Shown piece by piece: positions 11,643 to 21,600 of a stretch of 64,000 nt of DNA. This DNA is from Caecitellus pseudoparvulus (taxonomy: Eukaryota > Protista > Bigyra: Bicosoecida), in contig CBFFRQ010000063.1 of NCBI GenBank assembly GCA_965644315.1, forward strand, positions 1 to 64,000. Direction: 5' to 3'. Numbering within the stretch: the first letter of the stretch is position 1; every line of letters begins with the position of its first letter. The notes under the pieces were generated by a model. It saw only the letters and a program-made list of their open reading frames with translations, did not search any database and was not told the DNA's origin. The position numbers and the translations under genes were made by a program.

Positions 11643-12376
11643 ATGGACCGTTTCAACGTCAATGCCCCTGCCTTCGAGCCGAGTTTTCCAACCCCAGACA
11701 CGACAGCTTTCATCCCAATGCCTCAAGGCGTGTCGTGAGTGAGAAGCAACGCGGGCAGGCGCGTCGGCGTTACACGACTACAAGCGCCCGAGAGGGCCTT
11801 GACCGGGATGCTGGACGATCCTCAATGAAAGCAACTGTGCCTTGCATTTGCAGAGTGACTGGTCGATCAACCCTAGGCCACTCGGCGCTTGGAACGGGGC
11901 GCGGTGCTTTCGGAGCGACCTTCACTCACTTTGTGCCCACATCAGCTGCAACCCCTCCTGCCACGCTCTTCCGCGACCCCTTCGGTGACTCGCCGACAGG
12001 CCAATATGCAGGCTTCCCTTCCCCCTTGTCTGCGGGCCGGGAGCTGCCTGCGCGACACTCTCAGGCACCAGCCAGCGCGCCCCACCACGCCAAACACATG
12101 CTCCCAGCTGAGGAGCCCGACAGCCCCCTGCTCACCAGCAGCATGTCCTACGCTGACATCGACGTCGATGCTGCAGAAAAAGACCTCAGGAAGCTGCGGA
12201 AGAGGCTGAGACAAATCACACTGCTTGAGGGAAAAGAGCGCAGTGGCGAAGAGCTGGATGCAGGGCAGCAGGCCAAGCTGCGCACCAAGGCCGAAGTCAC
12301 GCTGAGGATTCAAGAGCTGGACGAAGTCGTCCAGATGCACAACCTTGCGGGGCTGGCAGGCATCCCTGACTTGTGA
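11643..12376 (+). CDS. Small protein with PAM2-like motif and PYM/eIF2A-like C-terminal helical hairpin
   Basis: Exon 1 encodes MDRFNVNAPAFEP (PAM2-like). An intron at 11735-11853 (GTGAGT..TGCAG) joins in frame to EKDLRKLRKRLRQITLLEGK..ELDAGQQAKLRTK. Confidence 0.6.
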
Positions 12377-12528
12377 ATGCGTCGATGCAGCGCCACGCCG
12401 AACCTGCCGCTGAGCTGGCGTTTCAGCTCAAATCGCGGCCCTGACTCTCATTGAATGCAGCACCACATTGGAAATCAAGAATGACAAGATGCTTGCGCCG
12501 CGGTGGGGAGCCACCCTGCCGAGGCGTC

Positions 12529-12944
12529 TCAGCGCTGGGAGGCAGAGTCTGCGGAACTTGTGTCGGTCTGGCGTTTCGTCACCTTGCGCAGCACTTCCCC
12601 TCGGAAATCCATGTCGGCAGAGGACACTGGCGATGTCGAGGTTGTGTCCACAAATCTGCCCGCCTGCTGTGTGCTCCCACGCGTGGCTGAGAGGTGGGGG
12701 TGGAACAGGGACTGTGTTGCAATGCAAGCCTGCTCAACTCGGTGCAACTGGTCTCACCTGCCTGAGCCTGGCGCGGAACCGTGGAAGCGTACGCCTTGCT
12801 TGCCGCCTTGCTGGCCTGGCCTGCCACTCGCATGTACCGACCACCTACTGCCATACCGGCGGCTCCTCCCAGTGCCGCCAAGGCAAGGCCCCAACGCATC
12901 CACTCGGCCGACTTGGACGGCTTCGAGCCGCCTGGATTGCTCAT
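12529..12944 (-). CDS. Small hypothetical single-TM protein (2 exons)
   Basis: MSNPGGSK..WGLALAALGGAAGMAVGGRY hydrophobic segment; GTGAGA donor at 12757; second exon in ORF 12529-12747. Confidence 0.4.
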
Positions 12945-13152
12945 GTTGCGATGTAATCTCAAGATGGCGAAAAAAGCATGGATACACATTCACCAAGCTT
13001 AAGTGGAACGGTAAATGTATTGAATTGAAAGCTGGGGGCCTTTTGATCCCCAGCCATGTGCTCAGCCAGCCCTCAACCGACAAAGCTACTCGACACAGGT
13101 CAAATGCACTCGCTTTGATTAGCATAACCAGTGCAATACAAATATGTGAGCC

Positions 13153-16100
13153 TCACACGGCTTCAGAGCTGGAGCCACTCTCCTCTTCCACACTGTCCGC
13201 GACGGCCAACGGCTGAGGTGCCCCCTCCACGCAACTGTCGTCGATGGGCTCCCCGCCTCCCTCCACACCCTCCCCCGACGCGCCCACCTTCGACACAGGC
13301 GCACCACCCTCACCTGACGAGCCACCACCAACCACACCCTCCACACTCTTCACAGGCATCCACACATCCCCAGACCTCAACAGACCAGCACCCACGAAGC
13401 ACCCCTGCAGCTTCACCTCCACCTCAGCGTACACCAACCGGTACACACCCACCACAGCCCCCGCCAGACCACCCAACGCAGCCAACAGACCCAGCAACGA
13501 CTGCAGCTCCGACACAGTGATGAAGCTCACCGACGGCGACAGCTGCACGCTCAACTGCAACGACACAGGCGTCAACTGCGGCACGAACCCTGACGTCGGC
13601 GCTGAACTGTCCAGGAAACCCGCCTGCTGGTCCACAAACGCCAACAAGTACCCCGTCGCATCGCTCCCGCCCTGTGTGTCCACCAGCACCTCACGTGTCG
13701 ACGTCAGCGTCCACTCGCCAGACCGCAGCCGCTGACTGGACGACGCGCCCACACTCCCCTGCAACACGCTCTTCGTCGGCTGCCCAGGTGTCGCGGGCGT
13801 CGATGCCCGTGTCGTCGTCATGGCCCACGCCACACTCTGTGCCGTGTACGGCAGACGCAGCTGAGCCCGCAGAGTCGTCGCCAGTGTGCACTCACTGCAG
13901 CTCGCAGCGTACTGGCACGCCAGAGCGCTGGCACCACTGGCTGCCTCCACGCGCTGCAGCGTCACGCTGGATGCCACAGCCCACGGCATGCGCACACCGT
14001 CCGCGCCGCCACCCGTGAAGTCCAGCGTGGACTGCGCACCTGGGCAGTCCCCTGCACTCTGCACACCGTCAATCACAGCCGCCACATCCAGGCGCCACTG
14101 GCTCGTCACGATGCCAGCCTCCTGTGCTGCAGACCCTGCTGGGTCGAACCGTGTCGTGACCAGGGTGTTGGCGGTGTAGTACTGCAGGAGGGAGCTGGCC
14201 AGGAAGCCACACAGCACCGCCACGAGGCTGATGGTGCAGGCACCACCCAAGACTGTACTGGCCTTGTGGATGGTGAAGCGGTCAGGGTAGTCGTGGTCCA
14301 GCGAGAAGGTGTCCAGCCACAGCAGGAAGCGCTTGGTGTGGGAGGAGCACTTGGCCAGGAGCAGGGCCAGCAGAGGAAGCAGCAAGGCGGCTCCGAGGGT
14401 CGCAGATACGACTGCGATGCCTGAGATCGTTGTCAAATCTCCAGCAACTGAGCCGGGTGAGTCTTCAGCCTTTTGCCCAGATGCACCCGGCCCTGCCTCC
14501 ACAGCCGACCCCGCCTCTGCCGCAGCAGCCAACGCTGGCGCAGACGCACGCAAGTCGCCCGGAGACAACACAGCGGACACAGTACCACCAGGACACAGTC
14601 CGCCGCGCGGACACTGCGCACATGATGGCGGCACGCCAAACGTACCTGCCGGACACCCAACACACCCACCACCCAACGGCGCCAACCCCGCACCGCACCT
14701 CACCTCCAAGCACTGCGTCGAGTTGTCCGGATCACGCACCTCACCCGCACCACACTGCGCAGGCGGCTCCTCAGGCGTCTCCACACACCCCTCCAGCCCA
14801 GACACACCACGCAGCCCCGCCGTGTCGGTGCCCTCAGGACACGCCAGGCACGCACTGGACACCAGGGCCCCACCCGGACCCGACCCGTACGTGTTCACAG
14901 GACACGCCTCACACAACACAGACCGCGCACGCACCGCATACGTCCCCTGCGCACACGGACTGCACGCCGACGCACCCGCCAACGCCGCAAATGACCCCGC
15001 CGCACACGCCTCACACGCCGACCCCGACGTCGCACCCTCCACCCTTGATGCCGTGCCCGGCGAGCAAGGCACGCACGACACCGACGTCTGACCCGGCAAG
15101 CTGTTGAACGTCCCAGCCGGGCATGGCGTGCAGCTCTCCTCCGCATCAGACTGACCCAGGGCGTTGTTGAAGGTGCCCACTGGACACGCCACAGCCTCAC
15201 CATCGGGACACACGTGCCCCAATGGACACGCCTCGCACTCCCCGCGCACCGTGGGACTCTGCCCCGCCGGACACACGACAGTGGACGGCGTGCTGCCCGG
15301 CACACAGCTCGCGATGGACGGCGTGCCGGCGCTGAACGTCGTCTGCCCAGCCGGGCAAGGCGCACAGGCGTCTGTCTCGTTGGTGCCGCCGCTGCGGGTG
15401 CCGTAGGTGCCGAGTGGGCAAGGGGAGCATGCGGCTTGGCCTGGGGCGTCGGTGAAGGTGCCGAGGGGGCAGAGGGAGCACTGTTGCTGTCCAGGGCCAG
15501 ATGAGAATGTGCCTGGCGCGCATGCAGCACAGTCACTTTTCTTGCTTGCACCTGGCTCTGACGATGCAGTGCCTGCTGGACAAGCCGTGCACTGCGAAGA
15601 AGTGGCGCCCAAGAATGGGCCGTATGTGCCTGATGGGCAAGGAGTGCACTGAGACACGTCGATCAGGCCGATTTCGTCGGAAAACGACCCTTTCGGGCAT
15701 GGACGGTCGACGTCGCCAGGGCAGTACTTTCCAGGTGAGCAAAGAGCGCACACTGGTCCAAATGTTGTCGCCACGGGCATTTCTTGTACCGGGCAGGAGC
15801 AGGCGCTGATGCTGATTCCCTCACCTTGAGAGTTGTACTCAACAAACACGCCCAACACCCGCGCACGCAGCTCCAGGACGTTTTCATGGTTCAAATCCTC
15901 CACAATGGCCCTTCCTGGAAAGCAATTAACCTGGCCCAAATTCTCACTGAAAACGCGCACCGCCATGCCGGAAGCCTTAATGTTGGCCAGCGACCCAACC
16001 GGCAAAGTGGGCATGTCATACTGAGTCAATGAAATCGACCCAGAAACAGAAAGGTTCTTCCAGGCTGAGCCACCAGGGGAAAAGTCAAGTTGGTGAAAAT

Positions 16101-17910
16101 GCACTTCCAAGTCACGCAACGCAAAGTCTGTGAAGTTCAACACGCCTGGGCTGCCTGTCACCGGGCCCAACATGTAGAGTCGGCCAACGTGGAAGCCACT
16201 CCACACTTCACTGGATATTTCAAGCGCCTCGTTCGCGGATCCAAACTCGATCTTTGCTTGTCCAGCCACAGAAAGGCCAGAGAAGGCGCCTGGGACAAGC
16301 CACTGGGATGCAGATGTGTACAAGCCTAAAATGGCAAACCCCCAATTCTCGACCGCTAATCCTGCAAAACTCCCCCACTCAAGCTCAAGCTCCGTCACTT
16401 CAATGATGGCAAATCGTGGCACAGCTGACAGCAAGCCTTGGAAAGCACCTTGTTCAATGGTCAAGCGGTAGGATGTCAGCCTATCCTTGCCCTCCTTGCC
16501 TAGCTCGCTACCAGCGTCGCTACTATCCTCTTTCATGCGGCGCCGACGTCCTTCGTTCTGACTGTCACCTCCGCCTGGGTGTGCGGCAATCTCAGCTCCA
16601 ACCAACACCCCACAGTTGAGGAGGGCCCCGTGAAATGCGCCTTCCTTGAGTGTGAACGAAGGTTCAAGAACTTTGGCTGCCGGCGAGTTCAAACCTTGCA
16701 CGGAAATCCCGAAGTTGCAATCCCGCGAAAAAACCGAGAATAACCGCCCCTCGCCGATATGCAGGCCTTCGAACGCACCAGCAGGGACCTGATCCTGGTT
16801 CAAGCAATCAACGCTCCACTCAGCGATTGTGGCCATGGGAAGGAATGCGCCTGACTGCACAGATAGGCAGCTGGCTGTCTGTTCGTTGGCTGGCACTCTG
16901 AGCGGTGATGTGGGGATAGAGATACCGCCCATAGCGCCAGGCTGAAGATGCCAGGTCGCGACACAGGTTACATCTGAAGGAGAGCTGGCCCCGAACTTCA
17001 ACTCAGCCCCAAAGCGGCTCCCGTTAAAAGCGGCGGCCTCCACGACGACCTCCACGGCGAACTCCTCCTCAGAACAGGAGCGCGTGATTCTGAAGGAACT
17101 GCTGGTTGCTGAAGCATCAATATTCGCAAAGGAACTCGCATTCAGCGCAAGGAGGGGGCCTTCAATTGACACTTCAGCGCTGCTGCCCAGCACCAGGCCA
17201 GAAAGCGCGTTGGGGCCGATGAAAGCCAGCTTTGATTTCCCTTGGTCTTTAATTCCAAGGGAGACATCGATGGTGGATCCTTCGAACATGAAACTTGGGA
17301 GAACTTCAAACGCCGGGTTTGCCAGGACGACGCCCCCAACCATCATCGAAGCAAAGGCGCGGGGCTGCAGAGGGCCGTTGAACTCGCTGGGAAAGGAGAG
17401 TTGCCCAGTCACTGTTGCCCCTCTGAAGGCAAAAGGCTGAACGGTCGTGTTAACGTGTGGAAAGCTCATGCTCACAAAGCTGGCGTCTTTGAAGGCGTCC
17501 GTCTCGATGAGGGAGAGCGGACACGCGGCGAAGTCCACATCGCCTTGGATGTTGGCATCCCGGAACGCGTGCTGGGAAATAGTGATGATTTGCTGGTCAG
17601 AAAAATCCAGCCTGCCATCAATTTGAACACCGGCAAACGTGTCTGGTGCAATGCTCGTGATGGCATCTCCGTCCGATGAGCAGGACAAGCCACCCCCGAT
17701 GAAGCTGCCGCACCCTGAGCAGTCTGAAAGGACCCCACTTGTAATTGTGCAACACGAAGAGCAAGTTGGACCGGCTGGTGCTGAGGCAGCGGCCTGTAGC
17801 ACGGCAAACAAACACGTGGCCAGGAGGGCACCTTGCAGTGGAACCACACCCAGCCTGTGCCGCAGGCGTTCCGCGTGCGGTTTGCTGGCTCTGCCGCCAA
17901 GATGTGCCAT
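13153..17910 (-). CDS. LRR(BspA-like)-GCC2/GCC3 Cys-rich 3-TM surface receptor, paralog 1
   Basis: Signal-like N-terminus, CSSCCTITSGVLSDC cap, many IxxxAFxG repeats, CFPGRA cap, CxxCPxGT(F/Y) repeats, three hydrophobic helices; single long ORF. Confidence 0.85.
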   Translation of the reverse strand: MAHLGGRASKPHAERLRHRLGVVPLQGALLATCLFAVLQAAASAPAGPTCSSCCTITSGVLSDCSGCGSFIGGGLSCSSDGDAITSIAPDTFAGVQIDGRLDFSDQQIITISQHAFRDANIQGDVDFAACPLSLIETDAFKDASFVSMSFPHVNTTVQPFAFRGATVTGQLSFPSEFNGPLQPRAFASMMVGGVVLANPAFEVLPSFMFEGSTIDVSLGIKDQGKSKLAFIGPNALSGLVLGSSAEVSIEGPLLALNASSFANIDASATSSSFRITRSCSEEEFAVEVVVEAAAFNGSRFGAELKFGASSPSDVTCVATWHLQPGAMGGISIPTSPLRVPANEQTASCLSVQSGAFLPMATIAEWSVDCLNQDQVPAGAFEGLHIGEGRLFSVFSRDCNFGISVQGLNSPAAKVLEPSFTLKEGAFHGALLNCGVLVGAEIAAHPGGGDSQNEGRRRRMKEDSSDAGSELGKEGKDRLTSYRLTIEQGAFQGLLSAVPRFAIIEVTELELEWGSFAGLAVENWGFAILGLYTSASQWLVPGAFSGLSVAGQAKIEFGSANEALEISSEVWSGFHVGRLYMLGPVTGSPGVLNFTDFALRDLEVHFHQLDFSPGGSAWKNLSVSGSISLTQYDMPTLPVGSLANIKASGMAVRVFSENLGQVNCFPGRAIVEDLNHENVLELRARVLGVFVEYNSQGEGISISACSCPVQEMPVATTFGPVCALCSPGKYCPGDVDRPCPKGSFSDEIGLIDVSQCTPCPSGTYGPFLGATSSQCTACPAGTASSEPGASKKSDCAACAPGTFSSGPGQQQCSLCPLGTFTDAPGQAACSPCPLGTYGTRSGGTNETDACAPCPAGQTTFSAGTPSIASCVPGSTPSTVVCPAGQSPTVRGECEACPLGHVCPDGEAVACPVGTFNNALGQSDAEESCTPCPAGTFNSLPGQTSVSCVPCSPGTASRVEGATSGSACEACAAGSFAALAGASACSPCAQGTYAVRARSVLCEACPVNTYGSGPGGALVSSACLACPEGTDTAGLRGVSGLEGCVETPEEPPAQCGAGEVRDPDNSTQCLEVRCGAGLAPLGGGCVGCPAGTFGVPPSCAQCPRGGLCPGGTVSAVLSPGDLRASAPALAAAAEAGSAVEAGPGASGQKAEDSPGSVAGDLTTISGIAVVSATLGAALLLPLLALLLAKCSSHTKRFLLWLDTFSLDHDYPDRFTIHKASTVLGGACTISLVAVLCGFLASSLLQYYTANTLVTTRFDPAGSAAQEAGIVTSQWRLDVAAVIDGVQSAGDCPGAQSTLDFTGGGADGVRMPWAVASSVTLQRVEAASGASALACQYAASCSECTLATTLRAQLRLPYTAQSVAWAMTTTRASTPATPGQPTKSVLQGSVGASSSQRLRSGEWTLTSTREVLVDTQGGSDATGYLLAFVDQQAGFLDSSAPTSGFVPQLTPVSLQLSVQLSPSVSFITVSELQSLLGLLAALGGLAGAVVGVYRLVYAEVEVKLQGCFVGAGLLRSGDVWMPVKSVEGVVGGGSSGEGGAPVSKVGASGEGVEGGGEPIDDSCVEGAPQPLAVADSVEEESGSSSEAV
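13181..15534. repeat. Constant cassette copy 1 (near-identical DNA shared with paralogs 2 and 3)
   Basis: 13181-14404 matches 18645-19868; 14477-15507 matches 19950-20980; 13456-14268 matches 29912-30724; 14510-15534 matches 30969-31993. Only scattered substitutions are visible. Confidence 0.95.
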
Positions 17911-18613
17911 TACTAAAAACGTGCCTGCTCTCTGGTTCTTGTTTAACGCCAACCTGCAAGAATGGAGTGGGGAGGGGGTGTGGCGTGTGCTGGGGCTCGA
18001 CATGTGCCACGGCTGCCGGCGGCGGCGTTTCACGGCTCAGAGGAGGTGCGGAGCGTCGATCTGTGTTCCCTGGCAGCCCAACGGCAGCCTCCAGAGAATC
18101 CCGCCGAGAGATTCTTTGTTGCGTATCGATTCGCTCAGACTCATGCCACCCTTTGGCAGAAGCACGGCGATACTCACAGAAGAGGAGCCGGTGGAGCTTG
18201 TCGGAGTAGCCGACGAAAATGAGAGATAGAGGGCGTGCACAAACGCACACTGAGCTCAGACACTTGAACAGAAACTGTGGCACAGAACGACTTTTGAAGA
18301 TACGGTACTCGAATGGGCTTGTCTGAGATTGGCAAATTGGACCATGGCGAGGCATTGTTTGTGCGGCGCTTGAGATGGGCAGCGCGTTGAGGCGGAACTG
18401 GCTCAGGTCTTGCGGGCCACTACCCGCAGGTCGATAGAGCGGCGAAGAACGAAACATAACACTGCATTGGAAACCACGCAACTGATTGCAAGCAGAAGGA
18501 AACTTGATTGCGCCCAAAGCGAGCCAGCATACCGAGAACCTGGGTAGGGTGTGCTGCCTTCAGCCGGAGCCAAGTCTGACCCAAGCCAGGAAACGTACAA
18601 GATGAGGGGCAAA

Positions 18614-21600
18614 TCAAAAGGAGATACTCCTTTCACGCACACCATCCTCTTCCACACTGTCCGCGACGGCCAACGGCTGATGTGCCCCCTCCACGCAACT
18701 GTCGTCGATGGGCTCCCCGCCTCCCTCCACACCCTCCCCCGACGCGCCCACCTTCGACACAGGCGCACCACCCTCACCTGACGAGCCACCACCAACCACA
18801 CCCTCCACACTCTTCACAGGCATCCACACATCCCCAGACCTCAACAGACCAGCACCCACGAAGCACCCCTGCAGCTTCACCTCCACCTCAGCGTACACCA
18901 ACCGGTACACACCCACCACAGCCCCCGCCAGACCACCCAACGCAGCCAACAGACCCAGCAACGACTGCAGCTCCGACACAGTGATGAAGCTCACCGACGG
19001 CGACAGCTGCACGCTCAACTGCAACGACACAGGCGTCAACTGCGGCACGAACCCTGACGTCGGCGCTGAACTGTCCAGGAAACCCGCCTGCTGGTCCACA
19101 AACGCCAACAAGTACCCCGTCGCATCGCTCCCGCCCTGTGTGTCCACCAGCACCTCACGTGTCGACGTCAGCGTCCATTCGCCAGACCGCAGCCGCTGAC
19201 TGGACGACGCGCCTACACTCCCCTGCAACACGCTCTTCGTCGGCTGCCCAGGTGTCGCGGGCGTCGATGCCCGTGTCGTCGTCATGGCCCACGCCACACT
19301 CTGCGCCGTGTACGGCAGACGCAGCCGAGCCCGCAGAGTCGTCGCCAGCGTGCACTCACTGCAGCTCGCAGCGTATTGGCACGCCAGAGCACTCGCGCCA
19401 CTGGCTGCCTCCACGCGCTGCAGCGTCACGCCGGATGCCACAGCCCACGGCATGCGCACACCGTCCGCGCCACCACCCGTGAAGTCCAGCGTGGACTGCG
19501 CACCTGGGCAGTCCCCTGCACTCTGCACACCGTCAATCACAGCCGCCACATCCAGGCGCCACTGGCTCGTCACGATGCCAGCCTCCTGTGCTGCAGACCC
19601 TGCTGGGTCGAACCGTGTCGTGACCAGGGTGTTGGCGGTGTAGTACTGCAGGAGGGAGCTGGCCAGGAAGCCACACAGCACCGCCACGAGGCTGATGGTG
19701 CAGGCACCACCCAAGACTGTACTGGCCTTGTGGATGGTGAAGCGGTCAGGGTAGTCGTGGTCCAGTGAGAAGGTGTCCAGCCATAGCAGGAAGCGCTTGG
19801 TGTGGGAGGAGCACTTGGCCAGGAGCAGGGCCAGCAGGGGAAGCAGCAAGGCGGCTCCAAGCGTCGCACCAAGCAGGAAGAGGTTCTCAAGGTTGCTCAA
19901 ACTGGAACTTCCGAAACCAGAGTTTCCTTGGCTGTCATCCGCTCCGTGTCCAGATGCACCCGACCCTGCCTCCACAGCCGACCCCGCCTCTGCCGCAGCA
20001 GCCAACGCTGGCGCAGACGCACGCAAGTCGCCCGGAGACAACACAGCCGACACAGTACCACCAGGACACAGCCCGCCGCGCGGACACTGCGCACATGATG
20101 GCGGCACGCCAAACGTACCTGCCGGACACCCCACACACCCACCGCCCACCGGCGCCAACCCCGCACCACACCTCACCTCCAGGCACTGCGTCGAGTTGTC
20201 CGGATCACGCACCTCACCCGCACCACACTGCGCAGGCGGCTCCTCAGGCGTCTCCACACACCCCTCCAGCCCAGACACACCACGCAGCCCCGCCGTGTCG
20301 GTGCCCTCAGGACACGCCAGACACGCACTGGACACCAGCGCCCCGCCCGGACCCGACCCGTACGTGTTCACAGGACACGCCTCACACGACACAGACCGCG
20401 CTCGCACCGCATACGTCCCCTGCGCACACGGACTGCACACCGACGCACCCGCCAACGCCGCAAATGACCCCGCCGCACACGCCTCACACGCCGACCCCGA
20501 CGTCGCACCCTCCACCCCTGATGCCGTGCCCGGCGAGCAGGGTACGCACGACACCGACGTCTGACCCGGCAAGCTGTTGAACGTCCCAGCCGGGCATGGC
20601 GTGCAGCTCTCCTCCGCATCAGACTGACCCAGGGCGTTGTTGAAGGTGCCCACTGGACACGCCACTGCCTCCCCATCGGGACACACGTGCCCCAACGGAC
20701 ACGCCTCGCACTCCCCGCGCACCGTGGGGCTCTGCCCTGCCGGACACACGACAGTGGACGGCGTGCTGCCTGGCACACAGCTCGCGATGGACGGCGTGCC
20801 GGCGCTGAACGTCGTCTGCCCAGCCGGGCAAGGCGCGCAGGCGTCTGTCTCGTTGGTGCCGCCGCTGCGGGTGCCGTAGGTGCCGAGTGGGCAAGGGGAG
20901 CATGCGGCTTGGCCTGGGGCGTCGGTGAAGGTGCCGAGGGGGCAGAGGGAGCACTGTTGCTGTCCAGGGCCAGATGAGAAGGTGCCAGGAGGGCATGTTT
21001 GGCAATCCTCCCTGCTTGTCGCCTTGCTCATCGGCGAGAAGGTGCCAATTCTGCACGGCAAGCACCCAGTCGAGTCCCTTCCGATGAAAGGGTTGTATGT
21101 TCCAGGTGGGCATTCCTCGCAGTCGGAGAGGTGTGAGAGTCCAAGTGTGTCTGTGAAGGTGCCCTTTGGACACCCTACTGCTCTTCCCGTTGGACAGGCA
21201 CGCCCAACGCCACACAGCATGCAGACAGGAGCGAGACCAATCGTAACGGGCATCTCCCCTGGCTGGCATGAACAAAGCTGGAAAAAGGTATCGCTTCCAA
21301 GCCTGCCAGTCACTCCTGCAGAGACGACGGCATTCTGGAACTCGGGAATTGTGCTTGGAGAGAGGTCAGGGAAGACAGCTCGACCGGGGAAGCACTGTGA
21401 TGACTCGATGGTGGCCGTCAAAACCTCGAGCTTGATCCCATTGCCAACTGTGGTTTCGTTCAGGCTGCCGACTTGAAAGCCGGGCATGTGCCTTGACTGG
21501 ATGACGAGCGACGTTCCGATGTGGACATTTCGCCACACACTTGCTTCGGGCCCAAATGACAGGCTGCTCGTGGAAATCTTCAGCGCACCGACGGCCACAT

